64,000 nucleotides of DNA, from the NCBI GenBank assembly GCA_017962605.1, contig JAGCUY010000007.1, positions 752 through 64,751 of the forward strand. Reading direction: 5' to 3'. Source of the DNA: Kiritimatiellia bacterium. Lineage in GTDB: Bacteria > Verrucomicrobiota > Kiritimatiellia > RFP12 > JAAYLN01. The notes under the pieces were generated by a model. The model searched no databases and was not told the origin of the DNA. It worked only from the letters and a program-made list of their open reading frames with translations. This document shows positions 9,158 to 19,107 of the stretch, one piece after another (within the stretch, counting starts at the first letter, position 1; each line of letters begins with the position of its first letter). The position numbers and the translations under genes were made by a program.

Positions 9158-11455
9158 ATGGCACACAAAATGAAACACCGTTTCAATGTCCATTCCAATA
9201 ACGCTAACTCCGCGCGCAAATCCGCCGGAAGCGCAGTCGCGCTGCTCGCTGTAGCGCTCGCAACGGCACCAGGCGCAGCCTATGCCGATGATCCGCTCGT
9301 CATCGAGCCGGGATCGCCAAAGGTGATGACGGCGGCGGAGCCCGCCGCCTACTACACAATTGCCAGAGGACCGGACTGGGTACCGGTAGATTACAGAAGG
9401 GATGTCATCCCAGGTTCGGCGCTCGATTTTTCGCGTTTTTCGAATGACACACCCGCCGGAAGTCACGGCTGGCTTCGCCGCGTCGGCGGGCATTTCGAAT
9501 TCGAGGGTCGCCCAGGCGAAAATGTGCGTTTCTACGGGGCGAACATCTGCTTCGATGCCTGTTTCCCAACACAGGAGGAAGCGGAACTTCTCGTCAGGAG
9601 ACTCAAAGCCACAGGATACAATTCGATCCGCCTCCACCATCACGACGAGGCGTGGGCGAAAGCCCACGCCAGTCGAAAGGTTGAAAAGTCGAATAGTGCG
9701 TTTTACGGCGACGACATCGACCGCTTTGACTATCTTGTAGCCACCGCAATCAAGGCCGGACTCTACGTCACGACCGATCTTTACGTATCACGTAGTGTGA
9801 AGTGGCGCGACATCGAAATCGACCGCGACGGTGAAGTCCCCAAGGCCTGGTTCAAGGCCCTGATCACTTTCCACGAACCGGCATTCCGGAATTGGCTGGC
9901 ATTCGCCACGTCTTTCATGGAACACGTTAACCCCTACACCGGCAGAAGATATGCCGACGAACCGGGAATGCCGCTTGTCTGCCTGGTCAACGAAGGCAAC
10001 TACCGGGTGAATTGGGCGAAAACCGCGCAGTTGCCGTGCGTCCGGGAGGCGTGGAGCCGGTGGGCCGCCGCAAAACTCGCCGAGGATCCGTACTTCGCGG
10101 GCGGCGACGACATCTCCGATCCGGCTCGCCTCAAATGGAACAAGCTGGGCCGCTTCACGCACACGGCGCTTGCGACATTCATGGCCGAAATGGAGGAAAA
10201 AAGCTACGCGCGGGAACTCGCCGCGATGCGCGAAATCGGCGCGAAGGCGCTCTTCACCTCGCTCAACCACCCGCCTTTCCATGCGCCCGACCATGCCGTC
10301 CGGCAGCGCCTCTACGACTACTTCGACGATCACTGCTACGTTGACCAGCCGTTTTGGCCGCAACGCAAGTGGCGGCTTCCCGCCGGGCTGAACAACCTCA
10401 ACCCGCTCCTGGACCCGGAGTTCCGCCTCCCGAAAGATGCCTTCAACCGGCTCTGGGGGCTTCCGACAACGATGAGCGAATGGAATTTCGCGGGGCCGAA
10501 CGCATGGCGCGGCATGGGGGGACTGCTCACGGGCGCGATGGCCGCCGGCCAGGAGTGGAGCGGCGTCTGGCGCTTCGCGTACGCGCACCACCGCGATGTC
10601 CTGAGGGACGGCGCCGGGGGATTTTTCGATATCGCCAAGGATCCGCTGAACATGCTCGCGGAGCGGACGGCCGTGCCGCTCTTCCTGCGGGGCGACTTCG
10701 CCCCTCTCCCTCGCAAGATCGCACTGATGATCGATGAAAAGGCGCAGCGTCCGAAGGGGTCGCAAATGCCTGCGTTCTTCCCCGAATGGCGGGCGGAGGC
10801 GGTTTGGCGCTCGCAGGTCGGCGTGGCGTTTCCCGGAACCGAAGTGTCCGGCGCCGAGGCGTTCGACCTCACGTCGGTGATGGACGACGCCGTGCCGCCG
10901 CTTGATCTCGGGAACCCTCCGCAAATGCGCATCGACCGGGAGGCGGGGACGTTTGCCGTTGAAACGCCGCTCACCTGCGGGGGCTTCGCGACGAATGGCA
11001 CGATTTCGGCGGGCGCGTTGACGGCCACTGTCGTTCGCGGCGGCCCGACGACCATCGCGGCCACGTCCCTCGACGGCAAACCGCTTGGGGAGTCCGGCCA
11101 TGTTCTCGTCACGCACCTCACCGACGCGCAGGCCGAAGGCCGCCAGTTCGGCGATGAAACACGGACGCGGATGCTCGCCTGGGGCCACCAGCCGACATTG
11201 ATCCGCGACGGAGAGGCGGAGATCGCACTGCAAGCACCATTGGTGAACAATCCATTCCAGGTGTGGGCCCTCGGCACCGACGGGAAGCGGGAGGGGATTG
11301 TCGCGTCTCGCTTTGAAGACGGCCGCCTCCTTTTCACTGCCCGCGTCCGGGGACCCAACGGCGCATGCATGGCATACGAAATCGACGGTAACGTCAACGA
11401 CACCGGTTTTCCGATGGCGGCGGGTGCCGCCACGGCTTCAACAACAACAAACTGA
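9158..11455 (+). CDS. Secreted TIM-barrel glycoside hydrolase (clan GH-A, GH5-like)
   Basis: ATG at 9158 gives the signal peptide 'SAVALLAVALATAPGAAYA'. GH-A-like motifs 'RFYGANICFDACFP...GYNSIRLHHHDEAW' and 'LVCLVNEGNY' (NE acid/base) are present. Confidence 0.45.
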   Translation: MAHKMKHRFNVHSNNANSARKSAGSAVALLAVALATAPGAAYADDPLVIEPGSPKVMTAAEPAAYYTIARGPDWVPVDYRRDVIPGSALDFSRFSNDTPAGSHGWLRRVGGHFEFEGRPGENVRFYGANICFDACFPTQEEAELLVRRLKATGYNSIRLHHHDEAWAKAHASRKVEKSNSAFYGDDIDRFDYLVATAIKAGLYVTTDLYVSRSVKWRDIEIDRDGEVPKAWFKALITFHEPAFRNWLAFATSFMEHVNPYTGRRYADEPGMPLVCLVNEGNYRVNWAKTAQLPCVREAWSRWAAAKLAEDPYFAGGDDISDPARLKWNKLGRFTHTALATFMAEMEEKSYARELAAMREIGAKALFTSLNHPPFHAPDHAVRQRLYDYFDDHCYVDQPFWPQRKWRLPAGLNNLNPLLDPEFRLPKDAFNRLWGLPTTMSEWNFAGPNAWRGMGGLLTGAMAAGQEWSGVWRFAYAHHRDVLRDGAGGFFDIAKDPLNMLAERTAVPLFLRGDFAPLPRKIALMIDEKAQRPKGSQMPAFFPEWRAEAVWRSQVGVAFPGTEVSGAEAFDLTSVMDDAVPPLDLGNPPQMRIDREAGTFAVETPLTCGGFATNGTISAGALTATVVRGGPTTIAATSLDGKPLGESGHVLVTHLTDAQAEGRQFGDETRTRMLAWGHQPTLIRDGEAEIALQAPLVNNPFQVWALGTDGKREGIVASRFEDGRLLFTARVRGPNGACMAYEIDGNVNDTGFPMAAGAATASTTTN

Positions 11456-11459
11456 ACAC

Positions 11460-14153
11460 ATGGAGAAAACCATGAACTTCACAAAAACAACATCAAAGGC
11501 GCTTGGCCTTCTCGCAAACACGGCCGTCCTCGCCGCTTCGCTCACTGCGGGTTCCGTCCTTGCGGACAATCCCCGCGTCATGAACGGCACCAATGGCTCC
11601 GGTACAACCGGCGCCGGCGGGACGTCCGCTAGCGCCGGTGCTCTCACCAAGGCCATCGCCTGGACAGCAGCAGACGGCGGCAACGTCGTCACGCCGTGGA
11701 GCGCCAACAGCAACACGTGCGTCTATGTCATCCAGAGTGCCGCGAAACTGTCGTCAAGCTCGTCGTTTCCTGATGTCCCGGTCGAACTGGCGAATTCGAC
11801 AGTCATCGACACGTCCGCCAAGACAATCACATTCCCGCGGATGACCGTGAAAAGCGGAGCGAAGGGAATCAGAATCAACGACAATGGGACGTTGACGCTG
11901 AAAGGCGGCTACACGGTGCCGTCGGGCGTCACGTTCCCCCTCGCCGCCAACACGGCCGGTGGCAACGCCGACTTTCCCCGCAACGTGACGCTGAACGCAA
12001 CTCTGACGGGTGAACCGGATTCGATCGTCAAGTACTCATTTGGCATCTCAAGTACTCCCGCCGTCAATCCCGTGCCGTCAACCTTCACGGTTTCCGGCGA
12101 CGCCTCGGCCTTCAAGGGCAAGTATGTTGTCGCCGACGCGCCGACGAGAACCATTGGCGAAACCAACTATGTCGGACAGGCGCATCTCGTGTTCTCTTCC
12201 ACCACCGCTTTCGGCGACCCCACTTCGGAACTTGCCGACGCCGTGACACTCGGCAATAGCGCGTATCTCTCGCTCGGCGCAGGCGTCGTGCAATACGCGA
12301 CGCGCGGCATCACAATCGCCAACAGCGCGACGGGCGGCGTCGAGGTCGCAAGCGGGGAGTCTTTGACGTTGACTGCGCCTGTCGCGACCGGCACAGGCGC
12401 GACCTTCCAGAAGATCGGCGCGGGTACGGTGACGCTTGACGGCGACTGCACCGGCGTGGGCGCGATGGACGTCACGGAAGGGACGCTCGTCCTCGGCGTG
12501 AACGGCCAGTTTGCGAACGGCCTCGCCGTCACGGTCAAATCTGGCGCGACGCTCGTCCAGAACAAATACGTCGGCAACATCGCCGTCACCTGCGAGGAGG
12601 GCGGAATCTACACGCAGGACATCCAGTATGTCGTCCCCTATTCCGACGCAACCGGCGCTTCGACGCCGCTCGACTTCACCGCAGCAGTGCCGGAACTGCC
12701 GCTTTCGGTCCGTCTCACGGAGTCCGTCGAAATCGCCTCCTTCGCGGACAACGGCTACACAGCCAAGCGCATTACGGTCGCGCGCCTTCCCGTCGCGACA
12801 ACGGCCACGGCGGCTGACTTCGCCGACGCATCGGAGAAATACTGCGGCCTTCCGAAGACCTCGTTCGAGATCGTGAACGGCGACGGGTATAAGGAACTCG
12901 TCCTTGTTGCGAAGCCCGTCGTGTGGTCGGTGAAAGATTTCGACAACCAACCTGCGAATGACATCACGCTGAACGGCCTTGCAGGCTACTGGTCTTACGG
13001 CGCCGCCGCTCAATCCGGCTACGACTATTTCGTCACCAATCTGCTTAGAAGAACGGGTGCCAACTCCCTTAATGCGACACCCGGCTTCGACGGCGACTCG
13101 TTGACCGTCTGCGGAACCAAAATCCTCCTTACGACGCCTGGCGTTGATGTCGGTGACATGGCGTGCCACGGCACTGTGGACATTTGGTACAACAACGGCT
13201 CCGTAAAAGGGGACGGCTACACCGGCATTACAAGTGGAGCAATCGAAATCTCCGATGGCGCCACGGTCAACCTCCAGACGCGGAAAAGCACGAGCGGGGT
13301 CGTGATGACAAACCGCATCGCCGTGGCAGTCTCGGGAAGCGGGACTCTCGCTCCCCAGAGTTATACCGCCATCGAGGGTGGCATGCCGGTGTATATTACG
13401 GGCGACAACTCCGACTTCTCCGGCAAAATGCTCGTGACTTGCACGGAGAACGGTGGAGTTTCGGCGGCGGAAACGACGGGCACGACGCTTCACCTCGGCC
13501 AGGGCGCAAGCTTCGGCGGCGCGATGCCTGCGGCGACGGCGGATGGCGTTCTTCTTGAGAAGTATTCATTCCTCATGCCAGAGCAGACGATGACGCTTTC
13601 AGCGGCGAACCGCGGCATAACGATTACTTCTGGCGGCTTCGACGTGCCGGACGGCGTTGCGCTCACGGTCGCCGTCCCGCTCACTGTGGATGGCACGGCC
13701 ATCAAGCGCGGCGCGGGCGAACTCGCACTCGGCGGCGCGGCGGCGTTCGCAAGCGGCAGCCTTACGGTGAAGGAAGGCTCCGTCCGCGCGCTTTCAGATG
13801 CCGCGGTCGCGGGCGACTTCTCGTTCGCGGACGGCACGACGATTGTCCTCGATCCCGGCGCGGCTCTCGTAAACGGCTTCTGCGGTTCGTTCGCCGTCAC
13901 CGGCGAAGGATCGCCGAAAGTGACCATCGCCGTCGATACGGCGAGCGCGGCGTTCAGCGCCGACGGCGCGGCGACGCTGCCCATCTGCACCGTCCCGGCG
14001 ACCAGCCCAGACCTGACCGGCTCGTTCACGCTCGCGAAAGTTCGCGGCTGCAGCGCCGAAATCGTCAAGGGAAATGTCACCGTCGATGGCGTCGCATGCG
14101 TCCGCTACTCGGAACACTTCTCCAAGGCGGGAACCGTCATCTACATGCGATAA
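11460..14153 (+). CDS. Large secreted protein with autotransporter-associated beta-strand repeats (TIGR02601-like), putative surface/adhesin protein
   Basis: ATG at 11460 followed by the signal peptide 'ALGLLANTAVLAASLTAGSVLA'. The protein is G/T/A/S/V-rich, with repeated 'G.GT(L/V)TL.G.N.YTG.T.V..GTL' units such as 'GAGTVTLDGDCTGVGAMDVTEGTLVLGVNG'. No recognisable C-terminal barrel was seen. Confidence 0.5.
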   Translation: MEKTMNFTKTTSKALGLLANTAVLAASLTAGSVLADNPRVMNGTNGSGTTGAGGTSASAGALTKAIAWTAADGGNVVTPWSANSNTCVYVIQSAAKLSSSSSFPDVPVELANSTVIDTSAKTITFPRMTVKSGAKGIRINDNGTLTLKGGYTVPSGVTFPLAANTAGGNADFPRNVTLNATLTGEPDSIVKYSFGISSTPAVNPVPSTFTVSGDASAFKGKYVVADAPTRTIGETNYVGQAHLVFSSTTAFGDPTSELADAVTLGNSAYLSLGAGVVQYATRGITIANSATGGVEVASGESLTLTAPVATGTGATFQKIGAGTVTLDGDCTGVGAMDVTEGTLVLGVNGQFANGLAVTVKSGATLVQNKYVGNIAVTCEEGGIYTQDIQYVVPYSDATGASTPLDFTAAVPELPLSVRLTESVEIASFADNGYTAKRITVARLPVATTATAADFADASEKYCGLPKTSFEIVNGDGYKELVLVAKPVVWSVKDFDNQPANDITLNGLAGYWSYGAAAQSGYDYFVTNLLRRTGANSLNATPGFDGDSLTVCGTKILLTTPGVDVGDMACHGTVDIWYNNGSVKGDGYTGITSGAIEISDGATVNLQTRKSTSGVVMTNRIAVAVSGSGTLAPQSYTAIEGGMPVYITGDNSDFSGKMLVTCTENGGVSAAETTGTTLHLGQGASFGGAMPAATADGVLLEKYSFLMPEQTMTLSAANRGITITSGGFDVPDGVALTVAVPLTVDGTAIKRGAGELALGGAAAFASGSLTVKEGSVRALSDAAVAGDFSFADGTTIVLDPGAALVNGFCGSFAVTGEGSPKVTIAVDTASAAFSADGAATLPICTVPATSPDLTGSFTLAKVRGCSAEIVKGNVTVDGVACVRYSEHFSKAGTVIYMR

Positions 14154-14247
14154 TGTTCGACCATTTTTCCGCAAAACGGCTCTGTGCCCACAGGGGACTG
14201 AGTGCCGACATTCCCGAAAACCGATGCGCCAGAAAAAAGCCTGCCGC

Positions 14248-16041
14248 ATGAAAGACGCATACCAAGCCGACCTTCTCTGGACGTTCACGGACGGTTCGCG
14301 GAAGCGCGAAACGACCCCGCTTGCCGCTCGCGACGCAGGAACTGTCCACTCCCTCCGCATCCCAGCCCTTCGCCTTCGTGCGTCCAGCGCCGTCTCGCTA
14401 CGAATCACGCCTTCCTTCGGCCATGCGGAAAAGGGGGAAGCTGGATTCTGGTTCTCGCCGTATGGCTACTACGGCGAGTGGGACCGCGAAGAGGGCTTCT
14501 TCAAGCCGTCGGCCGACCGCATGAACATGCCGATGTTCGGCTGGGCGACGCCGCGCGGCGCATGGCTCGCCGTCATCGAGTCGCTGCGACTCTACCCGCG
14601 CATGGTCGTGGAAGCGCACGACGGACACTACGCCGTTTCCTGCGAACTCGACGAGGAACTTTGCCGCGACCCCTACGAGGACTTCGAGATTGTCTTCCTT
14701 CCCTTTCCCATCGGGACTGGCTACGCGACGCTTGCGCGGCGCTACCGCGAACTCCAGCTCGCGCGCGGCATCGTGAAGCCGCTCCGAGAACGCGCGGCGG
14801 AAAATCCCGCGCTCGCCTACGCCGCTACAGCGCCCGAAATCCGCATTCGCCAGGCGTGGAAGCCCGTGCCTAGTCCGGTTTTGCACCAGCAGCCGGAGAA
14901 CGAGCCGCCCATCCACGTGGCCGTGCCTTTTTCGCGCGTCCGTGACATTTCCCGCGCCCTTCATGCTGCGGGCGTAGAAAGGGCGGAATTCTGCCTCGTC
15001 GGCTGGAGCGTCGGAGGCCCCGACGGGCGCTGGCCGCAGTCGTTCCCGGCCGAATCGCTTCTGGGTGGCGATGATGCCCTGCGCAAGGCCATCCGCTCCG
15101 TCCAGCGCGACGGGTACCAGATTGTCCCGCACGGGAACTTCCGCGATGGCTATGAAATAGCCAATGCCTGGGATGCCGAATGGACGGTCAAGACGCCGGA
15201 CGGGCTTCCGTCGTTCGACCACGGACATGCTTGGGGCGGAGGATTGCCCTACTACGTCTGCCCGCAACGCGCCTTCGAGCGCTTTGCGACGAAGGACATT
15301 CCGCGCATGGCGGCTTTCGGCTTCAGGGGACTGGGTTATTTCGACTGCGTGTCCATCGTCGAGGCCCCGCGATGCCACGATTCGCGCCATACGTGCAGCC
15401 GCGCCGATTCGACCCGCTGGTGGGAACGCTGCGCCGAGGTATCGAAGCGCGAACTCGGCGGCTTCGCAAGCGAAGGCGCGATGGATTCCTTTGCCGGATC
15501 GCTCGACTCCGTGCTATACGCCTCGTGGGACACGCCGCCGCAAATCGAGGGAGGCAACGAGGAGGGTGGCGGTCTCGCTTCCCGCCATGTTCCGATTGTC
15601 CAACTCGTTTACGGCGGCATCTGGCTTCAGAACCCTTTCACGCTCACCGTCAACGCATCGCTGCGCGACCGTTACTGGCTGCTGAAACTCCTCGAATACG
15701 GCGGACGGCCCACCTTCTACTTCCATTCCAAGTTCATCACAAACGCGAAAAACTGGACTGCGCAAGGCGATCTCTCCTGCGCCACCGACGCCGACTTGGC
15801 CGCCTCTGTGGAAAAGATCAAGGAGGAGTGCGAAATCTGGCGGCCATTCGCGCACCTACAGTTCGAGTTCATGGACGGCCACGAACGCCTCGCCCAGCAC
15901 GTCTTCCTTACGACCTGGAGCGACGGCACCCGCCTCGTCACCAACTACGGCCCCGAACCATTCACCTTTGAAGGCCGCACCGTCGCGCCGATGGACTTCG
16001 CCTTGCAACCTATCGTGGCGGATGTCATGAATATCAATTGA
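14248..16041 (+). CDS. Hypothetical protein, possible glycoside hydrolase (fold unassigned)
   Basis: Long ORF in a GH cluster with no signal peptide. Start is ATG at 14248 or 14224. No family motif was confidently recognised. Confidence 0.35.
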   Translation: MKDAYQADLLWTFTDGSRKRETTPLAARDAGTVHSLRIPALRLRASSAVSLRITPSFGHAEKGEAGFWFSPYGYYGEWDREEGFFKPSADRMNMPMFGWATPRGAWLAVIESLRLYPRMVVEAHDGHYAVSCELDEELCRDPYEDFEIVFLPFPIGTGYATLARRYRELQLARGIVKPLRERAAENPALAYAATAPEIRIRQAWKPVPSPVLHQQPENEPPIHVAVPFSRVRDISRALHAAGVERAEFCLVGWSVGGPDGRWPQSFPAESLLGGDDALRKAIRSVQRDGYQIVPHGNFRDGYEIANAWDAEWTVKTPDGLPSFDHGHAWGGGLPYYVCPQRAFERFATKDIPRMAAFGFRGLGYFDCVSIVEAPRCHDSRHTCSRADSTRWWERCAEVSKRELGGFASEGAMDSFAGSLDSVLYASWDTPPQIEGGNEEGGGLASRHVPIVQLVYGGIWLQNPFTLTVNASLRDRYWLLKLLEYGGRPTFYFHSKFITNAKNWTAQGDLSCATDADLAASVEKIKEECEIWRPFAHLQFEFMDGHERLAQHVFLTTWSDGTRLVTNYGPEPFTFEGRTVAPMDFALQPIVADVMNIN

Positions 16042-16060
16042 CCATCAATGACACAAATGA

Positions 16061-16140
16061 AAAACTCCGTGCCTCCGTGTCTCCGTGCGAACCCCAACTT
16101 TCGCATTCTCTGCGCAACCCTCTGCGCTCTCTGCGTTGAA
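16061..16140 (+). repeat. Related (ctc[ct]gtg)n element at the 5' end of the SGNH-hydrolase ORF
   Basis: 'ctccgtgcctccgtgtctccgtgcg...tctctgcgcaaccctctgcgctctctgcg' has arms similar to the 54631/55331 elements but in direct orientation. In-frame translation 'ILCATLCALCVE' resembles 'NLCGSVSLCEE'. Confidence 0.4.
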
Positions 16141-17274
16141 ATGAACTCCCTCGCTTCCACCTCGGCCTCTCCTCCTGCGTCGCAGAACGACATCGCAAAG
16201 TGGGATCCGAACATGGCGGCGGACAGCGCCGCCGTTGACGAAAACGGCGTAAGGTGGATCGACGGAACGGACCTGCCACTCGAGGGGCGAGTCTTCGACG
16301 ACGTGGAGCACTACTTCGACCGGCTTCCCGCGAACGTCTCGACGAACGTCAACGCCGGCGTCAGGAACATGAAGCACCACACGGCAGGGATGCAATTCCG
16401 GTTCCTGACTGACTCGAAGAAGCTCCGCTTCAGGTGGACGCCGTGGAACGCCGGGCGCCTCGCGATGGGCCACATGCCTTCGACGGGCGTGAGCGGACTC
16501 GACATCTACCGCTGGAACGCCGGCAATGGACGCTGGGTCCATGTGAAATGCTTCCGTCTGCCCGATGAGGCGAAGGAGGACTTCTCCTTCGACCTCGACT
16601 GGAAATACGGCGGGCCGTGCCTCGTCTATCTGCCGCTCTACAATGGGCTGCGCTCGTTCTCGCTCGGCATCGACATTTCGGCCACTGTGGAGCCGCTACC
16701 GTCGCGCGCGAGCGGCGTTGAAAAGCCGGTGGTCTTCTACGGGACGTCCATAACCCAGGGTGCGTGCGCCTCGCGTCCGGGGATGTCGTTCGTGAACATC
16801 GTCGGACGCGACCTCGACGTCCCCGTCGTGAACCTCGGCTTCGCCGGTTGCGGACGGATGGAACTTGAAATGAGCGAGCATCTGGCGCGCATCGACGCAA
16901 GCTGCTACGTCCTGGACTGCCTTTGGAACATGGGAAGCGCGGCCGGCGGAAGCCGCCCCGGCCGCAACGTCGAGGAGAACTACGAGCCGTTCATCCGCAA
17001 CCTCCGCTCCAAGCGTCCCGGCGTTCCGATAGTCATGGCGGGCCAGTGCAACGTCCGCAACGACGAGCCAAACGCCAAGGAGCGGTTCATCAAGGCGCTT
17101 TATGACCGGCTCGTGGCTGAGGGCTGGGGCGACCTCTTCTTCCTCCCCGGCTCCGGGATGTTCGCCGACGACTCCGAGGGCTCCGTTGATGGGTGCCACC
17201 CGAACGACTACGGCATGATGTCGCTCGCACGGGCCTACGGCACCGCAGTCAAAGCGGCCCTTGGATTGAAGTAA
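16141..17274 (+). CDS. SGNH/GDSL-family hydrolase (carbohydrate esterase-like) with N-terminal accessory domain
   Basis: SGNH block I 'VVFYGTSITQGACAS' and downstream D/H blocks ('DGCHPND') are present. The start is uncertain: ATG at 16141, or upstream in-frame codons that would span a repeat element. Confidence 0.6.
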   Translation: MNSLASTSASPPASQNDIAKWDPNMAADSAAVDENGVRWIDGTDLPLEGRVFDDVEHYFDRLPANVSTNVNAGVRNMKHHTAGMQFRFLTDSKKLRFRWTPWNAGRLAMGHMPSTGVSGLDIYRWNAGNGRWVHVKCFRLPDEAKEDFSFDLDWKYGGPCLVYLPLYNGLRSFSLGIDISATVEPLPSRASGVEKPVVFYGTSITQGACASRPGMSFVNIVGRDLDVPVVNLGFAGCGRMELEMSEHLARIDASCYVLDCLWNMGSAAGGSRPGRNVEENYEPFIRNLRSKRPGVPIVMAGQCNVRNDEPNAKERFIKALYDRLVAEGWGDLFFLPGSGMFADDSEGSVDGCHPNDYGMMSLARAYGTAVKAALGLK

Positions 17275-17299
17275 CCGAAGGTCAGACTTGCGGAAAGGA

Positions 17300-17400
17300 T
17301 AACCGAAAATGAAAACCAAGGCAATCGTATTTGAGGATGGCGGCTGAATCCGCCTCTCCGATGTCGCGCTCCAGCCGTGCAAGCGGCTGCAGTGGCTACT
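17300..17400 (+). pseudogene. 5' remnant of a zinc-type alcohol dehydrogenase gene (MKTKAIVFEDGG*, then degenerate)
   Basis: An RBS 'ggaaagga' plus ATG at 17300 encodes 'MKTKAIVFEDGG' and then a stop. The following ~60 nt remain ~80% identical to 18277..18350 (out of frame). Confidence 0.4.
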
Positions 17401-17995
17401 GCGCGGTGACTATCTGCATCAGGTCGAAGAACATCAGGCGCGTGTGCAACGGCCCGTCGCCAGCGATGTTCCGATATTGCCGCTCCTGCTCCTCGGTGCT
17501 GAACATGAAACTGAACCCATTGCTGAGATAGTATTCGCAAGGCGCAGGTTCGTTATAAGCATCCACGACAAGGTAGCGGCATCCCGTCTTGTTGTCATCG
17601 TCAATGAACCAACTCTTGATGCTGTCCATCAGTTCGGTTCCGACATGCTTGCGCATGAATTTGCTGTTGACGCCAAGTCGTCCAATCAACACCGCAGGAT
17701 AAATCATGTCGCGCTTTTGCTGTGGAACGTCCTTGCCAATGCGCTTCCTCCTCGCGTTTGGGAGGTGGTTTGTGAAGATGCTTGCGTTGGAAACGGTAAA
17801 TGCGCAGACAATCTCCTTGGGATTCGCAATTTCAAGGAAAGCGTAAGTTTTCCCCATCAACTGGCGAGCATAGCCAAGATAGTCAACGGAGAAGAACTCG
17901 TCGAGATCCTTGTTCCCGCAACTGAAGGGTTCACATGCGGAGATGATGCGCTCGGAGAGCGGAACGCGTATGCACTTGTCTTTCAAAAAGGCCAT
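17396..17995 (-). CDS. GNAT-family N-acetyltransferase, toxin-like (TacT/AtaT-type candidate)
   Basis: Acetyl-CoA motif A 'IGRLGVNSKFMRKHVGTELM' is present. ATG at 17995 was confirmed. It overlaps the small upstream ORF by 13 nt and has lower G+C than its surroundings. Confidence 0.55.
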   Translation of the reverse strand: MAFLKDKCIRVPLSERIISACEPFSCGNKDLDEFFSVDYLGYARQLMGKTYAFLEIANPKEIVCAFTVSNASIFTNHLPNARRKRIGKDVPQQKRDMIYPAVLIGRLGVNSKFMRKHVGTELMDSIKSWFIDDDNKTGCRYLVVDAYNEPAPCEYYLSNGFSFMFSTEEQERQYRNIAGDGPLHTRLMFFDLMQIVTAQ

Positions 17996-18177
17996 TTGCC
18001 CGCTTTCTTCAATGCTTCTATGCGGCGGTCGTTGTTGACCTCGAAGTCGCGCCATTCGCGCCGCACGGACGCAAAACCAACGCACCCGCGCCGACGGGCG
18101 TTCTTTTCCGCATCACGGACGAACCGCCGGGCGGCTTCTCCAGACAGGACGGGTATGTTGCTTATTGCGAGTGCCAT
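17983..18177 (-). CDS. Small upstream partner ORF (possible antitoxin of the GNAT module)
   Basis: 64 aa, basic, with ATG confirmed. It overlaps the start of the GNAT gene in the typical antitoxin-toxin arrangement. No recognised family. Confidence 0.3.
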   Translation of the reverse strand: MALAISNIPVLSGEAARRFVRDAEKNARRRGCVGFASVRREWRDFEVNNDRRIEALKKAGKWPF

Positions 18178-18276
18178 TTCTTGTTAGCCTTTCTTCAAGA
18201 TTGCGTCAAGAATTATACATAATCCAGCAGAATGATGCAAGTTCCCTTTGCGCTCAAACGGCAAAAATCACCCATC

Positions 18277-18900
18277 AAAACCAAGGCAATCGTTTTTGAG
18301 GAGGGTGGCGGAGTCCGCCGATCAGATGTCGCACTCCCGCCATGCGGGCCGACGCAGGTCCGCGTGCGGACGCTTTTCTCGTTCGTCTCCCCCGGCACTG
18401 AACTGAGGATGCTGGGCGGCCACTACGGCGCGGAGGGGCGCTTCCCGTTCGTTCCTGGCTACGCAAGCATCGGCCGCGTCGAGGAGGTCGGTGCGGAGGC
18501 GAAGGGCTTCCGCGTGGGCGATCTCATCTCGTGCCGCAACTCGGTCTCGTTCGCCAACTGCACCGCCCTCTACGGCGGACACGCCGGGGCGCACGTCTTC
18601 GAGACAGTCGGCGAGGATGTGCCGGTACTGCTTCCGCCCGTCGCGGACGACGAGGCGCTGCGCTACGCCGTGGCGGAGTTCGCCGCAATCCCGCTGCGTG
18701 GCGTCGATGCCGCCGCGCCACGTCCAGGCGAGAACTGCTGCGTCGTCGGCCAAGGTGCGATCGGGCTTCTCTCGGCGCGTCTCGTTCTGCGCCTCCTGTG
18801 TTTGCGCCGCGCCGCCGAGGCCATCTGCGAAATAGACTCCGAGACGCCCATCATCATGGAGACGAATCTCCTCGACCATTCCGAGGCATATCCGAATACG
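18277..18900 (+). pseudogene. Truncated zinc-type (MDR) alcohol dehydrogenase fragment lacking its start codon and C-terminal half
   Basis: Encodes 'KTKAIVFEEGGGV...PGTELRMLGGHYG...GYASIGRVEEVG' (GroES-like domain) and 'CCVVGQGAIGLLSARL' (GxGxxG). There is no ATG and the Rossmann domain is truncated. Confidence 0.5.
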
Positions 18901-19107
18901 GCTGGGACTGGACCTGCCACGCCTTCCGCGAGTCGATCGTGTGGGATGTCGAAAAAGCGGGAAATGATTGGAAGGGGATTAGCCCATCCGTATCGATTGC
19001 GAGGGCGGCCGGGCCACGCGGGGAGTTATCCGAGAAAAATTAATCCGATTTTTCTCGGATGTTTCTTGCGCGATGAAGTTGATTGTGGTATATTCATTTG
19101 CGAGAAA

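Noticed and set aside
14074-14247. Upstream extension of the 14074 ORF
   Set aside because: It begins inside the previous gene's 3' end in another frame, with a non-ATG first codon. Internal ATGs at 14224/14248 are more plausible starts.
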